64,000 nucleotides of DNA, from the NCBI GenBank assembly GCA_030295235.1, contig AP026153.1, positions 620,001 through 684,000 on the forward strand, given 5' to 3'. Origin of the DNA: Fistulifera solaris. Its lineage: Eukaryota. A program made the position numbers and the translations under genes. Positions within the stretch are counted from its first letter, which is position 1. Each line of letters begins with the position of its first letter. Below are positions 26,670 to 38,050 of the stretch, one piece after another. The notes beneath the pieces are model-generated. The model ran no database searches. It was not told where the DNA came from and saw nothing but the letters and a program-made list of their open reading frames with translations.

Positions 26670-26901
26670 CAGCCGGTGTCCGACCGTCTCAACACCACGT
26701 AGCCCTCGTAGAAAAATGTAACGGAAAATTTCTCCCGTGTAATTTTAAATATATAAAAATATTTTTTTGTACAAGTTACTGGTGAAATAGAAAAAGGGTA
26801 TGAAAAATGGGCATTTTGTACGTAAAATTACACGGGAGAAATTTTCCGGTACATGTTCTACGAGGGCTACTTGCGGTGTTGAGACGGTCGGACACCAGCT
26901 G
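26670..26901. mobile_element. MITE of Tc1/mariner-pogo type, ~232 bp, long terminal inverted repeats, TA target duplication
   Basis: TA|CAGCCGGTGTCCGACCGTCTCAACACC...GTAGCCCTCGTAGAA...GGAAAATTTCTCCCGTGTAATTTTA mirrors TAAAATTACACGGGAGAAATTTTCC...TTCTACGAGGGCTAC...GGTGTTGAGACGGTCGGACACCAGCTG|TA; AT-rich non-coding centre. Confidence 0.9.
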
Positions 26902-26929
26902 TACTGGTAATTCTATGACTGCGGTGACT

Positions 26930-27285
26930 AGTCCAGGAATTCTGGATTAGTTAGTTGTTGGATATACAGAAATTCTCTGAGAGGTCCAGAAATTCTGTTG
27001 GACATACAGAAATTCTTTGATAGGACCAGAAATTCTGGACCAGTTGTTGGTCATACAGAAATTCTGCTATAGGTCTAGAAATTCTGGACCAGTTGTTGGT
27101 CATACAGAAATTCTGTAATAGGTCCAGAAATTCTGGACCAATTGTTGGTCATACAGAAATTCTGCGATAGGTCCAGAAATTCTGGACCAGTTATTGGTCT
27201 TACAGAAATTCTGTGATAGGTCGGGAAATTCTGTGATAGGTCCAGAAATTCTGGACCAATTGTTGGTGATACAGAAATTCTGCAG
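26930..27285. repeat. 49-bp tandem repeat of the CAGAAATTCTG family
   Basis: Unit tccagaaattctggaccagttgttggtcatacagaaattctgtgatagg with ~49-bp period (27026, 27075, 27124, 27173). Confidence 0.92.
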
Positions 27286-27375
27286 CAGCTTGCCAGTCCC
27301 ACCGCATTTTTTGTCTGCGTCCTTGGTCTGCTTAACTTCATTATTCATCACACTATCGTAGCTTTTCGGTAGTTG

Positions 27376-28296
27376 ATGCTGAATACGGCTTCATCTTCAC
27401 GAGCATCGGCAATGCAGTTACAGCATTTATTGCAGAAAGTCTCTCAAACGAGTCGAGAGTCATGGCAATTGACTCGAGCGTGCTGGAAGTCATCACCGGC
27501 GCTGTCATCGGATCGGTTGAAAGCAATCCTCTTGGAGCAAGCTCAATCGAATAATCGAGTTGCTGTACGATTACTCTTATTAGAAAAAGAATGGGTCTTA
27601 TTGAAATATCACGGCGCCTCGAAATATTTACAGCAAAAATGGAGCAGTCGACGAGCGTTACCTAACGCTACTGACAGCAACCAACAACTGAATGTCGAAC
27701 AACGAAGCGATAACAACAATAAGGAAGTCGTCACCGAAACGGCACAAATAGCATTTATGATCACATCGCGAATGAAACAGCAATTACGGGAGGAATTGGG
27801 GTATAACGAAACGCTTCTAAAAGCCATGACTCCATTACAGGCAAGTTTGGTGTTGCAAAATCAAATCATTGCCGACGACTATAATGACAAGCTCCCTCAA
27901 CTAGAAGACTATCATAAGCAACAAGAGCTAAAGAGAAAAGAAGAAGAGGAGCTTCGGGCTCGAATAGAGCAACACAAAGCAGAAGAAAACGAACTAGCTC
28001 GTGTGAATGAATCCTCTCGCTCCAGTAGTACGGAATCATTTCCTTCAAAGCAAGTATCTTCCCAGACACCCTTCTTACAGAATGCATCGCTCTCTAGTGT
28101 CAGTCAATCCACCGGCGGCAACAAAATTACTTGGTATGAGGTGATTCAAATTCGACCTGATGGCGAAGAACAAAATATGGGATTGTACAAAAGTTCGGAA
28201 GAGGCACAAGAAGGGATCGATGCCTTGCAATACATTGCGCAGAGACGAAAAGAGAAGAAAGACGTGACGTTTTCTATTCGCCCTAGTCTTCGTTGA
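27376..28296 (+). CDS. Hypothetical protein (~306 aa) with coiled-coil segment
   Basis: Single uninterrupted ORF with protein-like composition (AFMITSRMKQQLREELGY...MTPLQA segment); no family recognised. Confidence 0.7.
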   Translation: MLNTASSSRASAMQLQHLLQKVSQTSRESWQLTRACWKSSPALSSDRLKAILLEQAQSNNRVAVRLLLLEKEWVLLKYHGASKYLQQKWSSRRALPNATDSNQQLNVEQRSDNNNKEVVTETAQIAFMITSRMKQQLREELGYNETLLKAMTPLQASLVLQNQIIADDYNDKLPQLEDYHKQQELKRKEEEELRARIEQHKAEENELARVNESSRSSSTESFPSKQVSSQTPFLQNASLSSVSQSTGGNKITWYEVIQIRPDGEEQNMGLYKSSEEAQEGIDALQYIAQRRKEKKDVTFSIRPSLR

Positions 28297-28715
28297 ATTT
28301 GCACCATTCTAATAAAGAGAAATCGGACGCGTAACGTGCTTTTTCGCTTGAAAGGTGCAATAATCTAAAAAAAAGATGCGCAAAAGCACTTCGGCGAATC
28401 TAGAATGCTCTACCGAGCTAAGCATAATGATCAACTCGCAGCTGATAATCACGTTTAGGTCCAGTCGTTTTACTACACAATAAAATTATCATAAAAGTTC
28501 GTCACAAGTGATTAAAACCGAACACGACTATAGTACGAGCTGACGAGGCTACAAGGCGCATAACGTCTCGGGATCACACACCTGCCGACTCCGATTCCAA
28601 CGTCTCGCTTCACCTCATCACGTTATCATCATTGAGCAATGGGATTACAAACCCACAAAAAAATCGAATTTCGTTTAAAATAAAGGTGGATACCCTTGTT
28701 ACTCAAAATAAATCA

Positions 28716-30594
28716 ATGAAACAGCCGACGAATAGCTTTGATCGCGATGATCCTTGGCATCAACTACTACCAATAGTCTTCTTCGGGTCTATAACCATAC
28801 TTTGGTTCTATTCCATTTCCCGATGGACGAATTTGATTAACTCGATGCAAGTCATTTACAACGATTGGGGCAGGACGCCCCTCGATCCTGTTCCGGGTGA
28901 ATACGCGGAGGAACCCATTGTGACGGTTCAAATTGCTACCTACAATGAAGGCACCGTCGTAGGAGACACTATTGCAAGAGCATGTGCGCTAGATTGGCCG
29001 CGAAACAAGCTTTTCATTCAAGTGTGTGACGACTCGACTGAGAAAGAGAGTATTGCCATCATCGAGAACTTGGTCTGTAACTGGAGAGAGAAATTTTTTA
29101 ATGTTGAACGCTTATTTCGGCATGATCGAATTGGTTATAAAGCGGGCAATCTGCAGCACAATTTTCAATTCATCAGGGGCGACTACGTTGCCTATTTGGA
29201 TGCCGATCACATGGTAGAGCCACAGTTTCTTCGCCGAACTATCCCGCACTTTTATGACGAGAACGGAAAGGCAAAGACACACATTGGGCTGGTGCAAACG
29301 CCCTGGTGCTACTACAATACACATCAGAACCTTCTCACCGAATGCGGTACGTTGTCGCGCCAGTTCACCCCCTTAGAAGACTTGGTAATACTTGTATCTC
29401 ACATTTGGTTGGGTCATTAGACGCGCTCGGGCTCGATATCCATCACGTTATTGAACAGGTTGGTCGATGCCGCTCGTACAAACTGTTTGGATTCAATGGC
29501 ACTGGCGGTGTGTGGAAAAAGCAAGCTGTGGAACATGCTGGTGGTTTTTCCTGTGACACAGTCACAGAAGACTTGTTGCTGTCTTACAAGGCCTATCTTG
29601 CTGGTTACTGGTTCATATACATACGCAATGCTCCTCAGGCGCTCGAAGTGCCAAGCTGCATTCTCGCACATGTACAGCAAAAACAACGTTGGACCAAGGG
29701 GTGTTTGCAGGTTCTCAGGATGCACTACAAAGAGATCTTCTTTTCCAAGCAGACATCAGTTGCTGTCAAGCTGGAGGCTTTAATGCATCTAAGCGGCCCT
29801 CTTCAACTCATTGCTGCAGTGACGGCTTTGCTAAGCTGTCCCTATCTCGTTTTCAATGGAGTAAATTCGATACTGGTCAAAGTTGTTTCCATATTTGCTC
29901 TGATAGAACCTTCTGTCGCTGCAATCCACTCCATCGTATCGAAAGTCCCAGGCGAAAACGGGCACTACAAACGCTGGTCTTCCAAGGTTGCGCGCACCCT
30001 GACGATTTTCCCTCACTTTGCCCTCCGATGCGGGATGGCTCCATTTGAAGCTAAAGCGGCAATAGAAGGACTATTTTCAAACGATGCTACCTTCCATACA
30101 ACCCCCAAGGAGGGTAGCAACTCGTCCGTCTCCAACGGAACCAAAGCCAAGAAACTTGCTCGAGCAACAGGAGACGACATTGCCGCTATTGTAGGGCTTT
30201 CTTTGGCCGTCCTACAATTCGTCAACATGTCGAATCTTGACTTCAATACGCTGAATTTCCTAACATTCGATTTTGCTGTCTTTGCGCTGAATGTTGTGAT
30301 GTGCATCGGTCTCTTTAGTGTTCCTCTGACGTTTTTAATTGCAAAGTACCCGTCGGTAGGCCTGCAAGCACTCCGTTCGCTCGCCAAAACACGACATATT
30401 GTTCTCTCCGTTTCACTTCTGGCTTATATCGTCGGGTACATGACATGCTTTATGTCAGGAGATGAGGTGAGTATGTCAATGTGAATGTGCTTCGTGCCAT
30501 TGAATCCTTTTCGCCCAGTCTCATTCAAATTTCCGCAATGCAGATTGATCTCGCTTACGCAGACTCGCGATCCGTCAGTAGTATCAGTCGTTAA
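28716..30594 (+). CDS. Cellulose-synthase-like processive GT2 glycosyltransferase, paralog 1 (~575 aa); introns 29347-29420 and 30467-30543
   Basis: VTVQIATYNE, DDS, GYKAGNL, DAD, GFNGTGGVW, TED, QQKQRWTKG and FHTTPK motifs; multiple TM helices; both introns GT-AG and frame-restoring; third exon only 16 codons. Confidence 0.9.
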
Positions 30595-31982
30595 ATAATG
30601 TGCTATTCCTATAAGCTCGACGTTCGGTTCGTTTTGTTGCCACCGAGCGCTTCAAGGTTATCTCTTCTTGCAAGCTGCACACGATTCTGATATGCGAATC
30701 ACCTTCATTCACCATTCTCAAGCTCTTTACAAGTTGCGTAAAGCCTTCCGCTTCAAAGCACATGTTACATCATGTATGCATTTATTATGTTCTTGATATT
30801 TCGGAGAACCGCTCGATCGCTGTGCAAGATACTGAATACGAATTACGGATTGTGGATACCCATAGTTCAGGATCGAAAATGGCAGTTCATGAATAAGACG
30901 AAGTGAGATTCAATGATGTTCCAGTGACACACTTCATTATTTGTTCCAGGTGGTAGCAATTATGGTCAGCACGAGTGTTCGGAAGCAAGGAAATGCTCGG
31001 AAGTAATAATGGCCGTCATTGTCGTCGTCATCGCATGGGAATTAGTCACGGATCATTGTGATTGACAATAAGAGCTGCGTGCGCCCTCCAACTCCAACCT
31101 CCAACTCCAACACTCTCCACATCTCCACACTCCAACGCAATAATGTGACGTGTCACGTGACGTCGATTCCCGATTGCCGATTGACCTTTACCATAGACCC
31201 TACCCGGTACGGAAAAGTATTGAGTCCTGAGTTCTGAGTTGCTACTTTGTACTGTACTTGCCTCTGGAGTGTATCTGAGAGAATCCAATTGTCTCAACAC
31301 ATTACAGTTTGAAGTGTGATACTTGTACCTGGTATAATGACAAAAAGAGGGCGTAAGAAGTAAGAACTTGATGCGGAGTCTCTATGTGGAATGTGGATTT
31401 GGTTTGCAATTAAAGTATGCGTCGTTAGTCGTTAGTCGTTAGCGTCTGCTTGCGCTCCGTCAATGCTATCTACCAAACGTCTTTTGCCGTCACATAATAA
31501 TGCCTTTATTATTGCCTTTACGAATTCCGATGGGCGGGTTCTTGTTACACAAGACGCTGGTGGCTCAAACCATTGCAATGTACAGTTTCTCAGAAATTGT
31601 ATCAATGAATTAAAGCGAGAAACGGGAGCAAGGCATTTTGAGTACACAAAAGCGCACAAGCAAGTTCCCACTCGTGACTTATTTTGATAAGCCCCCTATA
31701 TACTGTGCAATGATTGTTAGATTTATGTTTCGCAACATCGACGCTGCAATCTGCAATCTCGAAAGCATCGGAGTGATTGTTGATAGGGAATAAATGGGAA
31801 GACAAAAACAAGACGAGAAAGAGAAAAAAGAATAGGGAGGAGAGTTCATTGAATGAATCATTCATCATAACAAAAGAAGACAAAACTCAAAGGAAATAGC
31901 AGAGGAGAAAACGGATTCAGCGCACCTCCTATCATCCGAGTGAAGACGCGATCAGCATTTGTATATAAAAACTTGAATCAAA

Positions 31983-34900
31983 ATGACAAGAGTAACAGAC
32001 TCATTCGATCATAGAGATCCTTGGCATCAAGTGTTGCTGTTAGTCTTTTACGGATCAGTAAGCATGCTCTGGTTTTATTCTATCTCGAGATGGACGAATT
32101 TAATTAACTCGCTGCAAGTCATTTACAACGATTGGGGTAAGACGCCCCTCGATCCTGTTCCGGGAGAATATGCGGAGGAGCCCATTGTGACGGTTCAAAT
32201 TGCTACCTATAATGAGGGCACGGTCGTAGGAGATACTATTGCGAGAGCATGTGCGCTAGACTGGCCCCGAGACAAGCTCTTCATTCAAGTTTGTGACGAC
32301 TCGACGGAGAAAGAAAGTATCGCGATCATCGAGAACTTGATTTTAAGCTGGAGAGAGAAAGGATTTAACGTCGAGCGCTTGTTTCGACATGATCGAATCG
32401 GCTATAAGGCGGGCAATCTGCAGCACAACTTTCAATTTATTAAAGGCGATTACGTTGCCTATCTGGATGCCGATCACATGGTTGAACCGCAATTTCTTCG
32501 TCGAACAATCCCCCACTTTTATGACGAGAACGGAAAAGCGAAGACTCATATCGGGCTAGTGCAAACGCCCTGGTGCTACTACAATACACATCAGAACCTT
32601 CTCACAGAATGCGGTATGTCATGATGTGTTTTTGCTTCTGAATTCAGTCGTTTATAAAGCTCTCGATTCAATCTAACATTCTGTTCTTTTGTAAGATGCG
32701 CTCGGGCTCGACATTCACCACGTTATTGAACAGGTTGGTCGGTGCTGCTCCTACAACATGTTCGGTTTCAATGGTACTGGCGGTGTATGGAGAAAGCAAG
32801 CGGTCGAAGACGCTGGTGGCTTTTCTTGGGATACTGTGACAGAAGACTTGCTGTTATCCTACAAAGCCCATTTGGAGGGGTACGAGTTTGTTTACGTGCG
32901 AGATGCACCCCAAGCTCTGGAAGTACCCAGTTGCATTCTCGCTCATGTGCAACAAAAACAGCGATGGACCAAAGGGTTCATGCAGGTTCTTCGAATGTAC
33001 TACACCGACATTCTCTTCTCCAAGCAAGCGACCTTTGCAGTCAAACTGGAAGCTCTTATGCATCTGAGCGGCCCTCTCCAACTTGTTGCTGCCATGACTG
33101 CGCTACTCGCGTACCCCTATCTCGTTTTCCACAAAATTGATTCCTTTTTGGTCAAGATCGTATCCATCTTGGCTTTGACTGAACCCGTCGCTGCCGCAAT
33201 CCATGCCGTTGTATCAAAAATCCCAGGTGAAAACGGGCACTACACGTACTGGCACTCCAAGGTAGCGCGGCTTCTAACAATTCTTCCGTACTTTGCGCTC
33301 CGTTTCGGGATGACTCCTTTTGAGACCAAGGCCATCTTTGAAGGCTTCTTCTCAGACGACGCAACCTTCCACACCACTCCCAAAGAAGGTAGTAACTCCA
33401 CAGTTCCAGCCGTAAAGCGCGCCAAGAAAGTAGTGCGAACCGGAGGCGATGACATGGCTGCTGGAGTTGGGCTCTTTCTGGCAATCCATCAATTCATCTA
33501 CGTCTTTGCTTTCGATATGCACATGCCCTGCCACACTGTATTCGACGTGGTTGTGCGAGCGTTGAATCTTCTCATCTGCATCGGCCTCTTCACTGTATCC
33601 ATCATGTTCTTCCTCGCAAAGCACCCATCATTGGGACAGCGAGCTATTCACTCGCTCGCCAATACGCGACATGTGTTCCTTTCGGTTGCTCTTCTAGCAT
33701 ACACAGTCGGCTATATGACGTGCTTCATGTCCAGCGGCGAGGTAAGTCTTTCCGCAAGTCGCAACCAACTAATTCCAATCAATCTCACACAATATTCTAT
33801 GCACGTTTCCAGATCGATTTTTCAATAATTGAGAAGCACCCCATCAATAACACAATGTTTGCAAGCACTGATGATGGCATCGTTTTGCCGTCAAAGGCGT
33901 TCGAAGTGATCGACACAGTTCGTCCATTAGCATGCCGACCCAAGGTAGCAGCGAAACCTTTCTCATCTGTTGTCGCTCTTGGCTTGCCTCGTACGGGTTC
34001 GACTTTAATGTTCAACTTCTTGACCGAACTCGGAAAGCATTATCCCAACATCGACAACTTGAGCCTGTTCGAGACCTTTGCGCCTGTCGCTACGATGCAG
34101 CTTCCTGGTCTGACGCAAATTGTCGACATTCTGAGAAAGAACTGCGACGGACTGGAGCCTGGCGCAAAGACGATGTTCCAACAACGATTTGACTTTCAGT
34201 CCGAACACGAGCTGTACGAGTACCTGCGCAAGGATGAACATCCCGAGATCTATGAGCCGCTCATCGCAGCCCATTCCAATAGGTACAAGGACCCGCTGAG
34301 CTGGTTGCATTATGTCGAGAGCATACCGTCCACTGGAGACTATGGCTACGTGGAGTACAAGGTGTTCGACCACGACATGCTGGAAATCGGCATTAGCTCT
34401 CCCGAGCTGATTGACTCGATGCATTCCCCAAACACGAAGTTTGTGATCAACTACCGCCGCAACTTGTTGGAATCATACGTGTCGCAAAAGATTGCCGAAG
34501 CCAGCGGTAATTGGGTTGGAGCGAAGACCACATCTGATGACGCCATCACGATCAACCGCCAAGAGTTTGAAGACTACATCAAAGCTAAGGTAACATATTT
34601 CCAAGAGATTCGCGACCATCTAGACCGCAAGAACATCCCGTACTCCGTCTTCGAGTACAACACACATTTGGGAGCCGAACCGCAGCAACGAGACACGCTT
34701 CGACACTTGCAGAAACTGCTACGTTTGCGCATCGATGATTCGGTCGTCGAGGATATTATGGCCGGACTTAGAAGGAAGAAACAATCGACGGTTCCAGTAA
34801 GGGAGCAGATTCGAAACTGGGACGAAGTCGTGCAGTGGGGACTCGGCAAGGAAAAGGACGAAGACTGGGAAGACTTGTTTGCATCGGTCGATAACAGCAA

Positions 34901-37900
34901 GGCGCTTGTGGCATACGAACCCCCGAAGCAGCTTGCTTGCAAAGTTGGCGCCCCGGCAAAACCCATGTCGTCTGTGATCGCCCTTGGTTTACCTCGTACG
35001 GGTTCGACTTTAATGTTCAACTTCTTGACCGAACTTGGAAAGCATTATCCCAACATCGACAACTTGAGCCTGTTCGAGACCTTTGCGCCTGTCGCTACGA
35101 TGCAGCTTCCTGGTCTGACGCAAATTGTCGACATTCTGAGAAAGAACTGCGACGGACTGGAGCCTGGCGCAAAGACGATGTTCCAACAACGATTTGACTT
35201 TCAGTCCGAACAAGAGCTGTACGAGTACCTGCGCAAGGATGAACATCCCGAGATCTATGAGCCGCTCATCGCAGCCCATTCCAATAGGTACAAGGACCCG
35301 CTGAGCTGGTTGCATTATGTCGAGAGCATACCGTCCACTGGAGACTATGGCTACGTGGAGTACAAGGTGTTCGACCACGACATGCTGGAAATCGGCATTA
35401 GCTCTCCCGAGCTGATTGACTCGATGCATTCCCCAAACACGAAGTTTGTGATCAACTACCGCCGCAACTTGTTGGAATCATACGTGTCGCAAAAGATTGC
35501 CGAAGCCAGCGGTAATTGGGTTGGAGCGAAGACCACATCTGATGACGCCATCACGATCAACCGCCAAGAGTTTGAAGACTACATCAAAGCTAAGGTAACA
35601 TATTTCCAAGAGATTCGCGACCATCTAGACCGCAAGAACATCCCGTACTCCGTCTTCGAGTACAACACACATTTGGGAGCCGAACCGCAGCAACGAGACA
35701 CGCTTCGACACTTGCAGAAACTACTACGTTTGCGCATCGATGATTCGGTCGTCGAGGATATTATGGCCGGACTTAGAAGGAAGAAACAATCGACGGTTCC
35801 AGTAAGGGAGCAGATTCGAAACTGGGACGAAGTCGTGCAGTGGGGACTCGGCAAGGAAAAGGACGAAGACTGGGAAGACTTGTTTGCATCGGTCGATAAC
35901 AGCAAGGCGCTTGTGGCATACGAACCCCCGAAGCAGCTTGCTTGCAAAGTTGGCGCCCCGGCAAAACCCATGTCGTCTGTGATCGCCCTTGGTTTACCTC
36001 GTACGGGTTCGACTTTAATGTTCAACTTCTTGACCGAACTTGGAAAGCATTATCCCAACATCGACAACTTGAGCCTGTTCGAGACCTTTGCGCCTGTCGC
36101 TACGATGCAGCTTCCTGGTCTGACGCAAATTGTCGACATTCTGAGAAAGAACTGCGACGGACTGGAGCCTGGCGCAAAGACGATGTTCCAACAACGATTT
36201 GACTTTCAGTCCGAACAAGAGCTGTACGAGTACCTGCGCAAGGATGAACATCCCGAGATCTATGAGCCGCTCATCGCAGCCCATTCCAATAGGTACAAGG
36301 ACCCGCTGAGCTGGTTGCATTATGTCGAGAGCATACCGTCCACTGGAGACTATGGCTACGTGGAGTACAAGGTGTTCGACCACGACATGCTGGAAATCGG
36401 CATTAGCTCTCCCGAGCTGATTGACTCGATGCATTCCCCAAACACGAAGTTTGTGATCAACTACCGCCGCAACTTGTTGGAATCATACGTGTCGCAAAAG
36501 ATTGCCGAAGCCAGCGGTAATTGGGTTGGAGCGAAGACCACATCTGATGACGCCATCACGATCAACCGCCAAGAGTTTGAAGACTACATCAAAGCTAAGG
36601 TAACATATTTCCAAGAGATTCGCGACCATCTAGACCGCAAGAACATCCCGTACTCCGTCTTCGAGTACAACACACATTTGGGAGCCGAACCGCAGCAACG
36701 AGACACGCTTCGACACTTGCAGAAACTACTACGTTTGCGCATCGATGATTCGGTCGTCGAGGATATTATGGCCGGACTTAGAAGGAAGAAACAATCGACG
36801 GTTCCAGTAAGGGAGCAGATTCGAAACTGGGACGAAGTCGTGCAGTGGGGACTCGGCAAGGAAAAGGACGAAGACTGGGAAGACTTGTTTGCATCGGTCG
36901 ATAACAGCAAGGCGCTTGTGGCATACGAACCCCCGAAGCAGCTTGCTTGCAAAGTTGGCGCCCCGGCAAAACCCATGTCGTCTGTGATCGCCCTTGGTTT
37001 ACCTCGTACGGGTTCGACTTTAATGTTCAACTTCTTGACCGAACTTGGAAAGCATTATCCCAACATCGACAACTTGAGCCTGTTCGAGACCTTCGCGCCT
37101 GTCGCTACGATGCAGCTTCCTGGTCTGACGCAAATTGTCGACATTCTGAGAAAGAACTGCGACGGACTGGAGCCTGGCGAAAAGACGATGTTCCAACAAC
37201 GATTTGACTTTCAGTCCGAACAAGAGCTGTACGAGTACCTGCGCAAGGATGAACATCCCGAGATCTATGAGCCGCTCATCGCAGCCCATTCCAATAGGTA
37301 CAAGGACCCGCTGAGCTGGTTGCATTATGTCGAGAGCATACCGTCCACTGGAGACTATGGCTACGTGGAGTACAAGGTGTTCGACCACGACATGCTGGAA
37401 ATCGGCATTAGCTCTCCCGAGCTGATTGACTCGATGCATTCCCCAAACACGAAGTTTGTGATCAACTACCGCCGCAACTTGTTGGAATCATACGTGTCGC
37501 AAAAGATTGCCGAAGCCAGCGGTAATTGGGTTGGAGCGAAGACCACATCTGATGACGCCATCACGATCAACCGCCAAGAGTTTGAAGACTACATCAAAGC
37601 TAAGGTAACCTACTTCCAGGAGATTCGTGAGCATCTTGACCGCAAGAGAATCCCATACTCGATCTTTGAATACAACACACATTTGGGAGCTGAACCTCAG
37701 CAACGCGACACGCTTCGACACTTACAAAAGCTACTTCGCCTTCGGGTCGATGATACTATCGTCGAAGACATTATGGCGAATCTCAGAAGGAAGAAACAAT
37801 CGACAGTTCCAGTTAGAGAGCAAATTCGAAACTGGGAAGAAGTCGTACAGTGGGGACTTGGCAAAGAGAAGGACGAAGATTGGGATGATCTCTTTGCTGG

Positions 37901-37925
37901 CGCTTCGGAGGCAGTGTCGTTTTAG
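31983..37925 (+). CDS. GT2 cellulose-synthase-like glycosyltransferase fused to four tandem sulfotransferase domains (~1929 aa); introns 32614-32695 and 33742-33812
   Basis: D,D,D,QxxRW and FHTTPK GT2 motifs. The phase-0 intron GAG|GTAAGT...TTCCAG|ATC joins the GT2 frame to the 1401-aa ORF frame, which holds four copies of LGLPRTGSTLM (5'-PSB loop) and YRRNLLESYVS (3'-PB motif). Confidence 0.88.
33989..37609 (+). repeat. Coding tandem repeat with 1005-bp (335-aa) unit, near-identical copies
   Basis: Exact 1005-bp period (ORF-track repeats at 34005/35010/36015/37020); only a few substitutions seen between copies. Confidence 0.97.
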
Positions 37926-38050
37926 AAGAAACAGGAATATCATAGTGTATAAATTCATAACGGTCGAGCCCAATCGAAAGATTCCGCTAAATCGTTTTGT
38001 AAATTCAATAGATACTTTTTAATCAGTACTCTATTTTTGTCTGGACGCTT

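Noticed and set aside
26930..27285. CRISPR-like palindromic repeats
   Set aside because: Intervening sequences are themselves repeated rather than unique spacers; no cas genes; eukaryotic context.
34005..37439. Repeated antisense ORFs (139 and 148 aa) opposite the sulfotransferase array
   Set aside because: Shadow frames of the sense gene, repeated only because the DNA is repeated.
33720..37925. Stand-alone 1401-aa sulfotransferase gene as in the ORF track
   Set aside because: Its N-terminus reads through an intron and has no signal anchor; the splice sites are canonical and matched in the upstream paralog, so the fusion model fits better.
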